This document shows positions 41,231-51,236 of a stretch of DNA of 64,000 bases, piece by piece. Every line of letters starts with the position of its first letter. The first letter of the stretch is position 1. The translations under genes were made by a program, and so were the position numbers. Under the pieces are notes generated by a model. The model was not told the DNA's origin. It was given only the letters and a program-made list of their open reading frames with translations, and searched no databases. Origin of the DNA: Bacteroidales bacterium. Its GTDB lineage: Bacteria; Bacteroidota; Bacteroidia; Bacteroidales; WRGA01. The stretch spans positions 294,846-358,845 of the forward strand of contig JAVBLR010000001.1 of the NCBI GenBank assembly GCA_031553395.1, written 5' to 3'.

Positions 41231-41716
41231 TTGAATCTTAAAATCATAACAAAAATAATGAAAGAGGAAAGTAAAAGAATTCGTTTAATTATGGAAAATG
41301 TATTGACTGAAGCCATCGATACATTAAAAAAGGATTATCCTTCGGAATCAATTACTGATTTATATGTACGGATAAATCAGCCGAAGAAAACCTTATCCAT
41401 TTATGATGATGAGAATCGTAAATTGAAGAATTTATATTTGGAGGAAGTTATCAAGGAAGTTGATAAACTGGATTTTTTCTATTCAAATGCACCAAGACTT
41501 TTGAAAGAAGCTGCAATTAACTGCCGGAATAAAAAACTTTTGGATGGATTGAATATTTTGGCACCAATGTCGTTTATAGTAATTGATGACGATGAACAGA
41601 CTTTGCTTGAATATGTTTTGATAGACAATGATAAAATTATGGTTGAAGAAGAATTGCTGAAAGATTTGGATAAAGATTTGGATGCTTTTCTTAAACAGTT
41701 ATTAGATGAAGAATAA
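41231..41716 (+). CDS. Hypothetical acidic protein
   Basis: 161 aa; no signal peptide; Asp/Glu-rich C-terminus. Confidence 0.45.
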   Translation: MNLKIITKIMKEESKRIRLIMENVLTEAIDTLKKDYPSESITDLYVRINQPKKTLSIYDDENRKLKNLYLEEVIKEVDKLDFFYSNAPRLLKEAAINCRNKKLLDGLNILAPMSFIVIDDDEQTLLEYVLIDNDKIMVEEELLKDLDKDLDAFLKQLLDEE

Positions 41717-41789
41717 ATCGTTATTGGGTTATTTGTTGTTTGCCGAATAACCAATAACCAACAACAAAATACCCAACACTCAACACAAC

Positions 41790-42809
41790 ATGAATAAAAA
41801 GATTTTGGTAACAGGTGGAACTGGTTACATTGGTTCACACACAGCAGTTGAATTGCAAAATGCAGGATATGAAGTAATTATTATTGACAATTTATCTAAT
41901 TCCAATGCAAATGTAATTGACGGAATAGAAAAAATAACCGGCATTCGTCCTGTTTTCGAACAATTGGATTGTAATGATAAAGAAGGATTAAGAAAATTAT
42001 TTACCAAACATTCCGGAATAAAAGGAATTATCCATTTTGCTGCAAGTAAAGCTGTTGGAGAATCAGTACAGAAACCCCTACTCTACTACCGTAATAACCT
42101 GGATTCTTTAATGAATTTATTGGAACTGATGCCAGAATTTAATATAGATTCATTTGTATTTTCTTCTTCATGTACTGTTTATGGGCAACCGGATATTCTT
42201 CCTGTAACCGAGAATGCTCCAATTAAACCGGCATTGTCTCCTTATGGAAATACCAAACAAATTTGTGAAGAGATTATTCAGGATACCGTTTATTCAGGAG
42301 TTCCTGTAAAAAGCATCATTTTACGTTATTTTAATCCGATTGGCGCGCATCCTTCAGCTGAGATTGGAGAATTACCATTGGGAGTTCCGCAAAATCTGAT
42401 ACCGTTTGTCACACAAACTGCTGCCGGAATCCGTAAAGAATTAAGTGTTTTCGGAGATGATTACAATACGCCTGATGGTTCTTGTGTCCGAGATTATATC
42501 AATGTGGTGGATTTGGCCAAAGCGCATGTAATTGCTGTTTCTCGGATGTTGGAAAACAACATGAAAAAACCGGTTGAAATATTCAATTTAGGTACAGGCC
42601 GCGGACTTTCGGTATTGGAAATCATAAAAACGTTTGAAGAAGTTACAGGTGTAAAACTTCCATATAAAATTGTAGGAAGACGGGAAGGCGATATCGAAAA
42701 AGTATGGGCAGATCCTGAATTTGCCAATAAAGAATTGGGTTGGACAGCCAAAGAATCTGTTGCCAATACATTGCTTTCGGCATGGAAATGGCAGCAAAAA
42801 CTAGGATAA
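41790..42809 (+). CDS. galE: UDP-glucose 4-epimerase
   Basis: 339 aa; ILVTGGTGYIGSHT Rossmann motif; YxxxK and the SDR extended-family layout. Confidence 0.9.
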   Translation: MNKKILVTGGTGYIGSHTAVELQNAGYEVIIIDNLSNSNANVIDGIEKITGIRPVFEQLDCNDKEGLRKLFTKHSGIKGIIHFAASKAVGESVQKPLLYYRNNLDSLMNLLELMPEFNIDSFVFSSSCTVYGQPDILPVTENAPIKPALSPYGNTKQICEEIIQDTVYSGVPVKSIILRYFNPIGAHPSAEIGELPLGVPQNLIPFVTQTAAGIRKELSVFGDDYNTPDGSCVRDYINVVDLAKAHVIAVSRMLENNMKKPVEIFNLGTGRGLSVLEIIKTFEEVTGVKLPYKIVGRREGDIEKVWADPEFANKELGWTAKESVANTLLSAWKWQQKLG

Positions 42810-42856
42810 TTAAGAATTTAGTCAATAATTTACAAATAACTAATAACACAACTAAC

Positions 42857-43357
42857 ATGGCACAAGTAGCATTTAAGGGAAATCCCGTAAAAATGAACGG
42901 AGAATTGCCTAAAGTAGGCGCACAAGCTCCGGATTTTCAATTGGTGAAAACAGATTTGTCATCAGCTTCATTAGCTGATTATAAAGGCAAGAAAGTAATT
43001 TTAAATATCTTTCCAAGTTTGGATACAGCAGTATGTGCAACCAGTGTTCGTAAATTCAACAAGGAAGCTGCAAATTTCAATAATGCTGTTGTATTAGCAG
43101 TTTCAAAAGATTTACCTTTTGCACATGCGCGTTTTTGTTCAACTGAAGGCATTGATAATGTAGTTCCGGTTTCTGCATTTCGCAACGATTCTTTTGAAAA
43201 AGGATACGGAATTCTGATGCAAGATGGTCCGTTAGCCGGATTATTGGCACGTGCGGTTGTTGTAATTGATGAAAACGGAAAAGTTATCTACGAAGAACTT
43301 GTTCCCGAAATTACAACAGAGCCTAATTATGCTACGGCGATTGCTGCATTGAAGTAA
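42857..43357 (+). CDS. tpx: Thiol peroxidase (atypical 2-Cys peroxiredoxin)
   Basis: Start trimmed to MAQVAFKGNPV (ORF extends upstream to 42740). Resolving-Cys region SLDTAVCATS; 166 aa. Confidence 0.85.
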   Translation: MAQVAFKGNPVKMNGELPKVGAQAPDFQLVKTDLSSASLADYKGKKVILNIFPSLDTAVCATSVRKFNKEAANFNNAVVLAVSKDLPFAHARFCSTEGIDNVVPVSAFRNDSFEKGYGILMQDGPLAGLLARAVVVIDENGKVIYEELVPEITTEPNYATAIAALK

Positions 43358-43432
43358 AAGATTCTTAATAAAAAAAATCCGCAAAATTTACTTTCTCTGG
43401 TAAATCTTACGGATTTTTTTTAGTCATTTCTA

Positions 43433-45736
43433 TTATTTTACAAAAGGCTCACAATCATACTGTTTCGTTTCATTATTGTTCTTGTTCTCCGTCTCTTTCT
43501 TATTTTCTTGTAATTTGAATCTGATTGGAATTGTATAATAAACATCCACTGCTTTTCCATTTTGTTTTCCCGGAATCCATCTTGGCATAGAACTTATTAA
43601 AAGAATAGCTTCTTTGTCGCAAGACGGAAATAATGCTTGAAGTACTTTTACATCTGAAATATACCCATCTTTTCCTACTACAAATTGAACAACTACACGC
43701 CCTTCTATTCCTTGTGTTTTTGCATCATCAGGATAGTTAAGATTAGCTGTCAAATATTTTAATAATTCGGCTTGTCCACCGGGATATTGAGGCTGCTGTT
43801 CGACAGAGACAAATATTTCATCTACATGTGATGCTGCAGTTGTCTTAGATTTTACCTGCTTTACCTCATCTATAATTTCTCCAACAGTATTTTCATTATC
43901 TGCTTGCATTGCATCAATATCCATCTTATCATCTACAGCCAAAAACGATGTGTATTTAGTAAGTAGATTATATTTAAGTCCTAATTCTACAATTTCATTT
44001 TTGTTTTTATTATCTTGAGTTTGATAACGTACTTTATAATTATCGGCAAAATTACGACTATAATCACTCAGATATTTAATTTTATTTCTTGCCCAAAGGT
44101 ATCTCAAAGCTTCATTATTTGAGCGAGTTGCCTTTTTTATCGACAAATTTTCTTTGTAGTTTCCATTCGGTGTTTTTCCTTTTAACATAATGGTCGCATT
44201 CGCACTCTCTTTATACTTTCCGAAAACAACAATCGGACGTTCAGAAAAGGCAACAGGAACTTTTTCAGGATAAATGTCATAAGCGCCAAATGTTCCCCAA
44301 TCAATTGAAACATCAGTAAGTAATGGTTGCGAAATTGTACTGATTAAATGTTCCCCAACATTTTCAGCCTCAGTTTTATTTGTAATGATAAATGGTTCGG
44401 AAGCGCCAGCCCAAGCCATGCCTTCAATTAAAAAACGATTGGTATTATCACCAATACCCAAAGGTACAAAACTCGCATTATCAATATTATCAGCAATAAG
44501 TTTAAATACCTTTGATTCTACAGTTACAAAACCATCTGTGGCAATAATAAAAGTACGTGCATAGTCTTTTGTTTTCTCATCTTTATAATCAAAAGCCGCT
44601 TGTAAAGCCGAATAAAGTTCTGTCCCACCTCCACCTTTCCGTTCATCGATAAAATACCATGCTTTGCAGATATTTTCGGTTGTTGCAGGTAAAGAGACAT
44701 CAGAAAGCATTTCCCTGTTACTTTCAAAAAGCAATACATTAAACCGGTCTGTTTCATGTATAGATAAAAGTAATTTTTTTATTATAGATTTAGTTATTTC
44801 TAATGGAAATCCATACATAGAACCCGATACATCAATAATAAAAATATATTCACGCGGCAATATTTCCTGATTTGTAACTTTAGCCGGAGGCTGCATCATC
44901 AATAGAAAGAATTTTTCATCATTATGTTCGTATAAAGTCAGTCCGGTTTCGATTTTTTCTCCTTGCAAACTATATTTTAAGACAAAATCCTTATTACCGG
45001 AATCATCATCCAAAGGGTTGCTCAATGATATTTGTGTAGTGGTTTCCGAAATCCGGTTTGTTTTGATTTGATGAGATGGAGATTCAACCATTTGTACCGG
45101 AATTGCACCATCAATATTTACCTTAATATCAAATTTAGGTTTATGGTGGGACATTAATTGTTGAATGGAATTTTTTACAAATTCTTCATTTTCCGTTGAA
45201 TATCTTGGACCAACAGCTACCGGATATACAAATTCGTATTCTTTATTACGATATTCAAGCAGTTCAGTATAAAACATATCCACTTTAATGGTATCTCCGG
45301 GAAGGATATTTGCAACCTCCATTGTAAATACATTCGGACGATCTTGTTCCAAAAGTGTAGAGCGTTTTCCTTCTTTTTTGGCTTTATCGAATTCTTTCCG
45401 GGCAGAATCCTTTTCCATTACTTTCGCATGGATTACGCGCTTTCCGATTACCATATCCAACCCATAAACAGCTGCTTTGGTTGATGCTGGAAAAACATAC
45501 GTAGCATCTAATTTTTGTTTACTTTCATTCACATAAACCTGCTGTACTTGCACATTAGCAATTACTCCGGTTATTTTTACATTGGTTTGAGTTGATTTTA
45601 AAGGCATCCACGAAGATTCGGGATTACTACTCTTTATGAAGAAGTAAGGAGAGGCACAAACATCATTATCTGCTTTTAGCCAAAGTATTGAAAAAATAAA
45701 AATAAATGCAAATAAGGCACCAATTGATTTTTTCAT
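43433..45736 (-). CDS. Secreted VIT domain + von Willebrand A domain protein with C-terminal TonB C-terminal domain
   Basis: 767 aa; signal peptide; vWA MIDAS DVSGSM. C-terminal ~100 aa QQPQYPGG...GRVVVQFVV...MPRWIPGKQNGKAVDVYYTIPIRF is a TonB_C fold sequence, paralogous to the three downstream genes. Confidence 0.7.
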   Translation of the reverse strand: MKKSIGALFAFIFIFSILWLKADNDVCASPYFFIKSSNPESSWMPLKSTQTNVKITGVIANVQVQQVYVNESKQKLDATYVFPASTKAAVYGLDMVIGKRVIHAKVMEKDSARKEFDKAKKEGKRSTLLEQDRPNVFTMEVANILPGDTIKVDMFYTELLEYRNKEYEFVYPVAVGPRYSTENEEFVKNSIQQLMSHHKPKFDIKVNIDGAIPVQMVESPSHQIKTNRISETTTQISLSNPLDDDSGNKDFVLKYSLQGEKIETGLTLYEHNDEKFFLLMMQPPAKVTNQEILPREYIFIIDVSGSMYGFPLEITKSIIKKLLLSIHETDRFNVLLFESNREMLSDVSLPATTENICKAWYFIDERKGGGGTELYSALQAAFDYKDEKTKDYARTFIIATDGFVTVESKVFKLIADNIDNASFVPLGIGDNTNRFLIEGMAWAGASEPFIITNKTEAENVGEHLISTISQPLLTDVSIDWGTFGAYDIYPEKVPVAFSERPIVVFGKYKESANATIMLKGKTPNGNYKENLSIKKATRSNNEALRYLWARNKIKYLSDYSRNFADNYKVRYQTQDNKNKNEIVELGLKYNLLTKYTSFLAVDDKMDIDAMQADNENTVGEIIDEVKQVKSKTTAASHVDEIFVSVEQQPQYPGGQAELLKYLTANLNYPDDAKTQGIEGRVVVQFVVGKDGYISDVKVLQALFPSCDKEAILLISSMPRWIPGKQNGKAVDVYYTIPIRFKLQENKKETENKNNNETKQYDCEPFVK

Positions 45737-45828
45737 AATATTGATTTATTTCGTTAATATATTTTTTATAACGAAATAAAACAAACGTTATTATTTGTAG
45801 TGCATATTTTTTTTATGAGAAAGTGTTT

Positions 45829-46623
45829 TTACAACAACTCCGGCCTATACTCAAAGTGCATTGTATCATAATGATACCACTTTCCACCCCAAATAAATCC
45901 GTATTTTTCAAAAATATCGACAATTCCTTGAGGTATTTGATTTTTGTAGCTTAGATTAGTATTTTCGGTTGTGCATTTACAATCCCATTGCCAATAATGG
46001 GAATATTTTACATTTAAGTCGATGGCAATGCCGAAACTGTGAGTGCTTAATCTATTAGTTCCGCGAATTATGCGCCAATTGAATGTTCCGGCAGATTTTA
46101 GGTAATCCTTCCATTCGGGATGTTTATCCAATTCGTTTGATATTTTTTGTAATTGCAAATGAACGTTATTTACCGAAGTAATCCTTAATTTTTGCCCAAC
46201 TAATGCTGGACACCATGTAATTTCAACCAACTTCTTTTGCACTTCGGATGTAGTTCCTCCATACATTTTTTTGAAAAATTCATCATTGCGAATTCTTCCC
46301 GGGTCGCTATTTTTTTCAATCGTTAAGTTGATAATTCCTTTTGTATACGAATAGGCAAAAGTATCTTCGATATCAGGACTTTTCATCAAATCATCATGAG
46401 ATTTACTTTTACCATCATCGAAAATCAATTTGGAGTTATCGTTGAAAATAAGATAATTATCCTTGTATTCTTTGATAAAATCAGGATAAGCACTTATCAA
46501 TTTTTGAACTTTAACAGGATATGCTGTTTCGTTTTGTGCAAAAATAGGATAATTGCAAAAACAACCCCATAATAATAAGTTAAGTGTAAATAGTTGATAT
46601 TTTGATATATTCATTTCTATCAT
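45829..46623 (-). CDS. M15-family zinc D,D-peptidase-like protein (VanY / peptidase M15A-like)
   Basis: 264 aa; signal peptide; HSFGIAIDL and GGKWYHYDTMHFEY His/Asp zinc-ligand motifs. Confidence 0.65.
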   Translation of the reverse strand: MIEMNISKYQLFTLNLLLWGCFCNYPIFAQNETAYPVKVQKLISAYPDFIKEYKDNYLIFNDNSKLIFDDGKSKSHDDLMKSPDIEDTFAYSYTKGIINLTIEKNSDPGRIRNDEFFKKMYGGTTSEVQKKLVEITWCPALVGQKLRITSVNNVHLQLQKISNELDKHPEWKDYLKSAGTFNWRIIRGTNRLSTHSFGIAIDLNVKYSHYWQWDCKCTTENTNLSYKNQIPQGIVDIFEKYGFIWGGKWYHYDTMHFEYRPELL

Positions 46624-46670
46624 AGTTATAATATCTGAATATTTTTAAAGTTCTCCTTTCGAGAGTGGGT

Positions 46671-47120
46671 TTAGATGGGGTTTCTAAAGCAAATCCTGAT
46701 AGGTAAACTATAGTATACCCTTACTGCTTTTCCAAAATGCATTCCCGGAATCCATTTTGGCATTGAGCGGATTAAATTAATAATTTCTTCTTCTTGAGAA
46801 GGATAAATAGATTCAAAAACACTTATATCCGACATACTTCCATCCTTTTCGACAACGAATCGGACTATAATTTTAGACCTTAATCCTTCTTCGGGTTTCA
46901 CATTTTTTGGAATTTTAAGGTTAGAGCTTATGTATTTCAACATTTCTGACGATCCTCCGGGAAATTGAGGTTGTTGTTCAACAGACCAATAAATTTCATT
47001 GTCAATAATAATACTATCTTGTTTATTTTCAACAGTATTAATATCCTGAGAAAATAAATTACTATTCCCAGCAAAAAATACAAGCATTATCAATAATATG
47101 TAATATTTATTGTTTCTCAC
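46671..47120 (-). CDS. Small signal-peptide protein consisting of a TonB C-terminal domain
   Basis: 149 aa; EQQPQFPGG...IVRFVVEKDG...MPKWIPG. Confidence 0.7.
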   Translation of the reverse strand: MRNNKYYILLIMLVFFAGNSNLFSQDINTVENKQDSIIIDNEIYWSVEQQPQFPGGSSEMLKYISSNLKIPKNVKPEEGLRSKIIVRFVVEKDGSMSDISVFESIYPSQEEEIINLIRSMPKWIPGMHFGKAVRVYYSLPIRICFRNPI

Positions 47121-47607
47121 TTGAGGAAATCACTTTTTCTTCTTTATTATTGTCCTCTATTAATGCAAAACGGATTGGAATTGTAAAATAAACATCCACT
47201 GCTTTGCCATTTTGTTTTCCCGGAATCCATTTCGGCATGGAGCTTACTACGCGAGCCGCTTCTATATCGCAAGATCTATATAAAGCACGAAGAATTTGTG
47301 CGTCAGAAACAGTTCCATCTTTGTTTACAATAAATTTTATGACAACACGCCCCACAATGCCTTGTTTTGCAGCATCTTCCGGATATCTCAAATTATCTGA
47401 TAAATATTTCATCATTTCTGTTTGACCTCCGGGAAATTGAGGCATTTCTTCAACGAACATAAATACATCCTTTCTTTCTATAGGCGAAGATATAATATGT
47501 TCATTTTCAATAATTTTTTTTAAAGAATCGGTTTTTTCTTGGGCAAATAACCCCAAAATATTAATAGTTGAAATTACAATTATCAAAAGGATAGTTTTTA
47601 TCGCCAT
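47107..47607 (-). CDS. Small signal-peptide protein consisting of a TonB C-terminal domain (paralog)
   Basis: 166 aa; its DNA at 47165-47245 is ~90% identical to 43515-43595 in the VIT-vWA gene. Confidence 0.7.
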   Translation of the reverse strand: MAIKTILLIIVISTINILGLFAQEKTDSLKKIIENEHIISSPIERKDVFMFVEEMPQFPGGQTEMMKYLSDNLRYPEDAAKQGIVGRVVIKFIVNKDGTVSDAQILRALYRSCDIEAARVVSSMPKWIPGKQNGKAVDVYFTIPIRFALIEDNNKEEKVISSSEKQ

Positions 47608-48083
47608 TTGATTTCCTCTGTTTGCGGTTGTTGTGGTCCCTGCATTTTAAATCGGATAGGAATTGTATAATAAACATTTACATTTTCTCCATTTTTTATA
47701 CCCGGAATCCATTTCGGCATGGAAGTTATCAGACGAATACACTCCTTATCACAGGAAGGATTTAACGATTGGAGTATTTTTGCGTTTGAAATAGTACCAT
47801 CTTTTCGTACAACAAACTGAACAATGCATCTTCCTTGTATTCCCTGTTTTGCAGCATCTACTGGATATTTGAGGTTGTTATTTAGAAATTTCATCAATTT
47901 TTCTTGTCCACCAGGAAAAGAAGGTTGTTGATCAACTGTTTTAGATATCACTTCTTCATTGGAAACAGAAATCTTTTCTACAGCTATATTTGTAGAATCT
48001 GCTTTTTCCTGAGCAAATAATCCCGCAATATTGATTGTTAATATTGCAATTACTGACAATAAAATTGATTTTTCTTTTTTCAT
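47598..48083 (-). CDS. Small signal-peptide protein consisting of a TonB C-terminal domain (paralog)
   Basis: Start trimmed to MKKEKSILLSV (ORF extends to 48131); 161 aa. Confidence 0.65.
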   Translation of the reverse strand: MKKEKSILLSVIAILTINIAGLFAQEKADSTNIAVEKISVSNEEVISKTVDQQPSFPGGQEKLMKFLNNNLKYPVDAAKQGIQGRCIVQFVVRKDGTISNAKILQSLNPSCDKECIRLITSMPKWIPGIKNGENVNVYYTIPIRFKMQGPQQPQTEEIKWR

Positions 48084-48248
48084 AAGTTTAGTCTTTAAGT
48101 TCCTACAAAAAAAATATACCTCTTGTGACATTTTATTTTATCACAAGAGGTACAAAGATAAATTTATTTTGATTATTTGCAAGTTATAAAAGTTGTAACT
48201 GTCAAATAACTACTTATTACTCCTTTTAACTACATCTAACTACTTTTC

Positions 48249-51161
48249 TCAATATCCAAAAATTTCTTCCAACCTTAATTTACTAACTTTTCCAAATTTA
48301 CCCAGTTCATCAAAATTCATATCTCCTTCTCTACCAAGGATAAGATAAGTTTTATATTTTCCTTTGATATATTTTTCATTGAACGCTTTTACATCATTCA
48401 ATGTTAATTTTGGAATTTCAGTATATATATCTTTCCGGCGATCGTAGGAATAATTCATTTTTTCATTATTTAAGTAGCTCCAAATAGTCCCCATTTTTGT
48501 AATGCGTTGTGTGCTTATTCCCAGTAAGATAGATTCTTTTGCCAATTTAAAGCTTTTTTCAGATAAAGGCATATTATCAAATAAGTCATTAAAAGCATTT
48601 AAGGCGTCGATAATTTTATCATTCTGAGTTGCTATAAATGCATTATTCACATAAAATCCTGTAGGATATGACGGTTCACGGTAATATGCTCCTGCACTGT
48701 AAGCCAATGAACGTTTTTCTCGCATTTCCTGAAATACAATCGAACTCATTCCTCCACCAAAATAACTATTATACATTTCAACTTGAGGAACTAATGTTTT
48801 ATCAAATTTTTCGCCTTTGAATATTTCAGACATGTAAGACTGGTTTGCATCATAATCTACAAAATACAATTCATTTACGTTATTATCTAAAGGAACATAT
48901 CGTTTAGGTGGAATTACCGGTTTTGGATTTTTTACATCAGCATGTAATTCATTCAATGTTTTTGTAATTGAATTTATATTTTCGGTTCCGTAATATAAAA
49001 TACGATGATTATAACTTGTAAGTTGTTTGATTATATCGATTAATTTATTTGCTGTAATTGCCTTTAATTCTTCATCACTTAAAATGTCCAATGAAGGCGA
49101 ATTTTTTCCATAAGTCCCATAATTTGTTAGAACAGAAAATATGCGGCTTTGATTGGATTTCATATCATTGCGATTTTTTATAATATCAGCAATGTATTCA
49201 TTTAAGGCTTCGTTATTGGGTTGTGGATCGGAAATTAATTCTTTGAGCAACAAAATAGCCGGTTTCATATTTTCACTTAATCCTCCTACACCAATATATG
49301 TAGCATCAGCAGTAGCTGATACAGTATAATTACAAGCCAATTTATAAAATTCCTGCTTGATGTCTTCAAGTGAACGCTTCGATGTTCCCAGATAATCTAA
49401 ATATCCTGCAGCTAAAGAGAGTTTTTTATTGGAACTGCTACCAGAATTAAAATAATAATACATTTCAAAAGTTCCGTTTTCCTTATTTTGAGTATATAAG
49501 ATTTCGGTTCCATTTTTTGTTTTTCCTCGTAGCACAGCTTTATCGAAGTCAACAAATACAGGTTGGATTGGAGATGTTTTCGCTTCAGCTATAGATTCGA
49601 AAAAATTTGATTCCTCATCCCTGTTCACATGAATTGGAGTAATTTTTGGTTTTTCCACTTTTTCGATATCAGGCGGAGTTCCTTGTCTTTTGTAAACAAC
49701 CACATAATCATTATTAAAATATTTATTAGCAAAATCAACAATATCTTTCTTGGTTAATTTTTTTAGTTCCTCTTTTTCATTTAAAGCGTCTCCCCAGGTG
49801 ATATTCGACATAAAAGCATCCGCTAAAGACATTGCTCTATCTTTGTTGCTTTCATACATTTTCATTTCTTCCAGTTTCCTATTATTTAAGGCAGCTTCAA
49901 ACATCCAATCAGGAAAATCTCCTTTCTTCAATAAATCAATTTGTTCTAAGAATAAGTTGGTTAAATCTTCTAATGTTTGTTTGGTTTTAGGTCGCCCCGA
50001 CATCATCAGAAAAGAATAGTCATTTAATATCAATGAACTCCCCCATGCGCCGATTGCTTTTTGTTTCTGATTGATATTCAAATCAAATAAACCACATTTA
50101 CCATTATATAAAATGCTGTTTATCATATCTAAAATAATGGCTTCTCGTGTACCATTACCGGCTTCCACACGAAAGGCCACATTGGTATTTTCAGCTTCCA
50201 ATCCAATCACATCTTTTACAATTGGTGCAGTAATAGGCATATCGACTGTTTTTTGGAAAACAGGAACATTTCCCGGTTTAAGGATACTGAAATACTTGTC
50301 AATTTCGGCAATAGCTTGGTCTGGATCAAAATCACCAGACAAACAAACTGCCATATTATTTGGAACATAATACTTTGCATAAAATTCCCGGATATTCTTC
50401 ATTGATGGATTTTTGAGGTTGTAAGTACTACCCAAAATCGTTTGTTGGCCATAAGGATGATTGGGGAAAAGAGTTTTCATAACTTCATCGAAAACCCTGC
50501 GATTATCTTGTGTTAAAGACATGTTTTTTTCTTCATACACAGTTTCCAATTCAGTATGAAATAAGCGAAGAATAGGATCATTAAAACGTTCGGCCTGAAT
50601 TCGCGCCCAATTATTCAATTCATTAGATGGAATATCTTCTATATAAATGGTATAATCGTAACTTGTTCCGGCATTAGTACCTTTGGCTCCGATTGTACTC
50701 ATCAATTTATCATATTCATTGGGAATTGCATATTTTGATGCTTCATACGAAATCGAATCAATTTGATGATAGATTGCCTTTCGTTGAAGAGAATCTTTTG
50801 TAACGCGGTATGTTTCAAATAAATTCTCAATTTCCTGAATTAATGGTTTTTCTTTTTCCCAATCTGTTGTTCCAAATTTTTGTGTGCCTTTAAACATCAT
50901 GTGTTCAAAGTAATGTGCCAATCCGGTAGTCTCTTTTGGATCGTTTTTACCACCTACTTTCACAGCAACGTAGGCTTGAATGCGTGGTGCGTTCTTGTAA
51001 ACGGTCATCATCACTGTTAATCCGTTTTCTAATGTATATACACGCGCATTTAGCGGGTCATTGGGATAAGTTTTGTACTCATATTTTTTTTGAGCAAAAC
51101 CGATTGATATTGATACTATTAAAAGTATCAATATGCTTAAAAATCTATTTTTTGTATTCAT
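48249..51161 (-). CDS. M16-family (pitrilysin/insulinase-like) zinc metallopeptidase, secreted, two-unit single chain
   Basis: 970 aa; signal peptide; inverted zinc motif HYFEHMMFKGT (HxxEH). Confidence 0.85.
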   Translation of the reverse strand: MNTKNRFLSILILLIVSISIGFAQKKYEYKTYPNDPLNARVYTLENGLTVMMTVYKNAPRIQAYVAVKVGGKNDPKETTGLAHYFEHMMFKGTQKFGTTDWEKEKPLIQEIENLFETYRVTKDSLQRKAIYHQIDSISYEASKYAIPNEYDKLMSTIGAKGTNAGTSYDYTIYIEDIPSNELNNWARIQAERFNDPILRLFHTELETVYEEKNMSLTQDNRRVFDEVMKTLFPNHPYGQQTILGSTYNLKNPSMKNIREFYAKYYVPNNMAVCLSGDFDPDQAIAEIDKYFSILKPGNVPVFQKTVDMPITAPIVKDVIGLEAENTNVAFRVEAGNGTREAIILDMINSILYNGKCGLFDLNINQKQKAIGAWGSSLILNDYSFLMMSGRPKTKQTLEDLTNLFLEQIDLLKKGDFPDWMFEAALNNRKLEEMKMYESNKDRAMSLADAFMSNITWGDALNEKEELKKLTKKDIVDFANKYFNNDYVVVYKRQGTPPDIEKVEKPKITPIHVNRDEESNFFESIAEAKTSPIQPVFVDFDKAVLRGKTKNGTEILYTQNKENGTFEMYYYFNSGSSSNKKLSLAAGYLDYLGTSKRSLEDIKQEFYKLACNYTVSATADATYIGVGGLSENMKPAILLLKELISDPQPNNEALNEYIADIIKNRNDMKSNQSRIFSVLTNYGTYGKNSPSLDILSDEELKAITANKLIDIIKQLTSYNHRILYYGTENINSITKTLNELHADVKNPKPVIPPKRYVPLDNNVNELYFVDYDANQSYMSEIFKGEKFDKTLVPQVEMYNSYFGGGMSSIVFQEMREKRSLAYSAGAYYREPSYPTGFYVNNAFIATQNDKIIDALNAFNDLFDNMPLSEKSFKLAKESILLGISTQRITKMGTIWSYLNNEKMNYSYDRRKDIYTEIPKLTLNDVKAFNEKYIKGKYKTYLILGREGDMNFDELGKFGKVSKLRLEEIFGY

Positions 51162-51236
51162 AATGAATGTATTTGGATTGTTTTGTTTTTTTGATGATTT
51201 TAATGTAATGTCTTTTTTTACTAGATTACCTTAATG

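Noticed and set aside
42740-42856. Upstream in-frame extension of tpx (MDSQRICCQYIAFGMEMAAK...)
   Set aside because: The extension overlaps the 3' end of galE and adds non-homologous residues. The Tpx homology begins at MAQVAFKG (42857).
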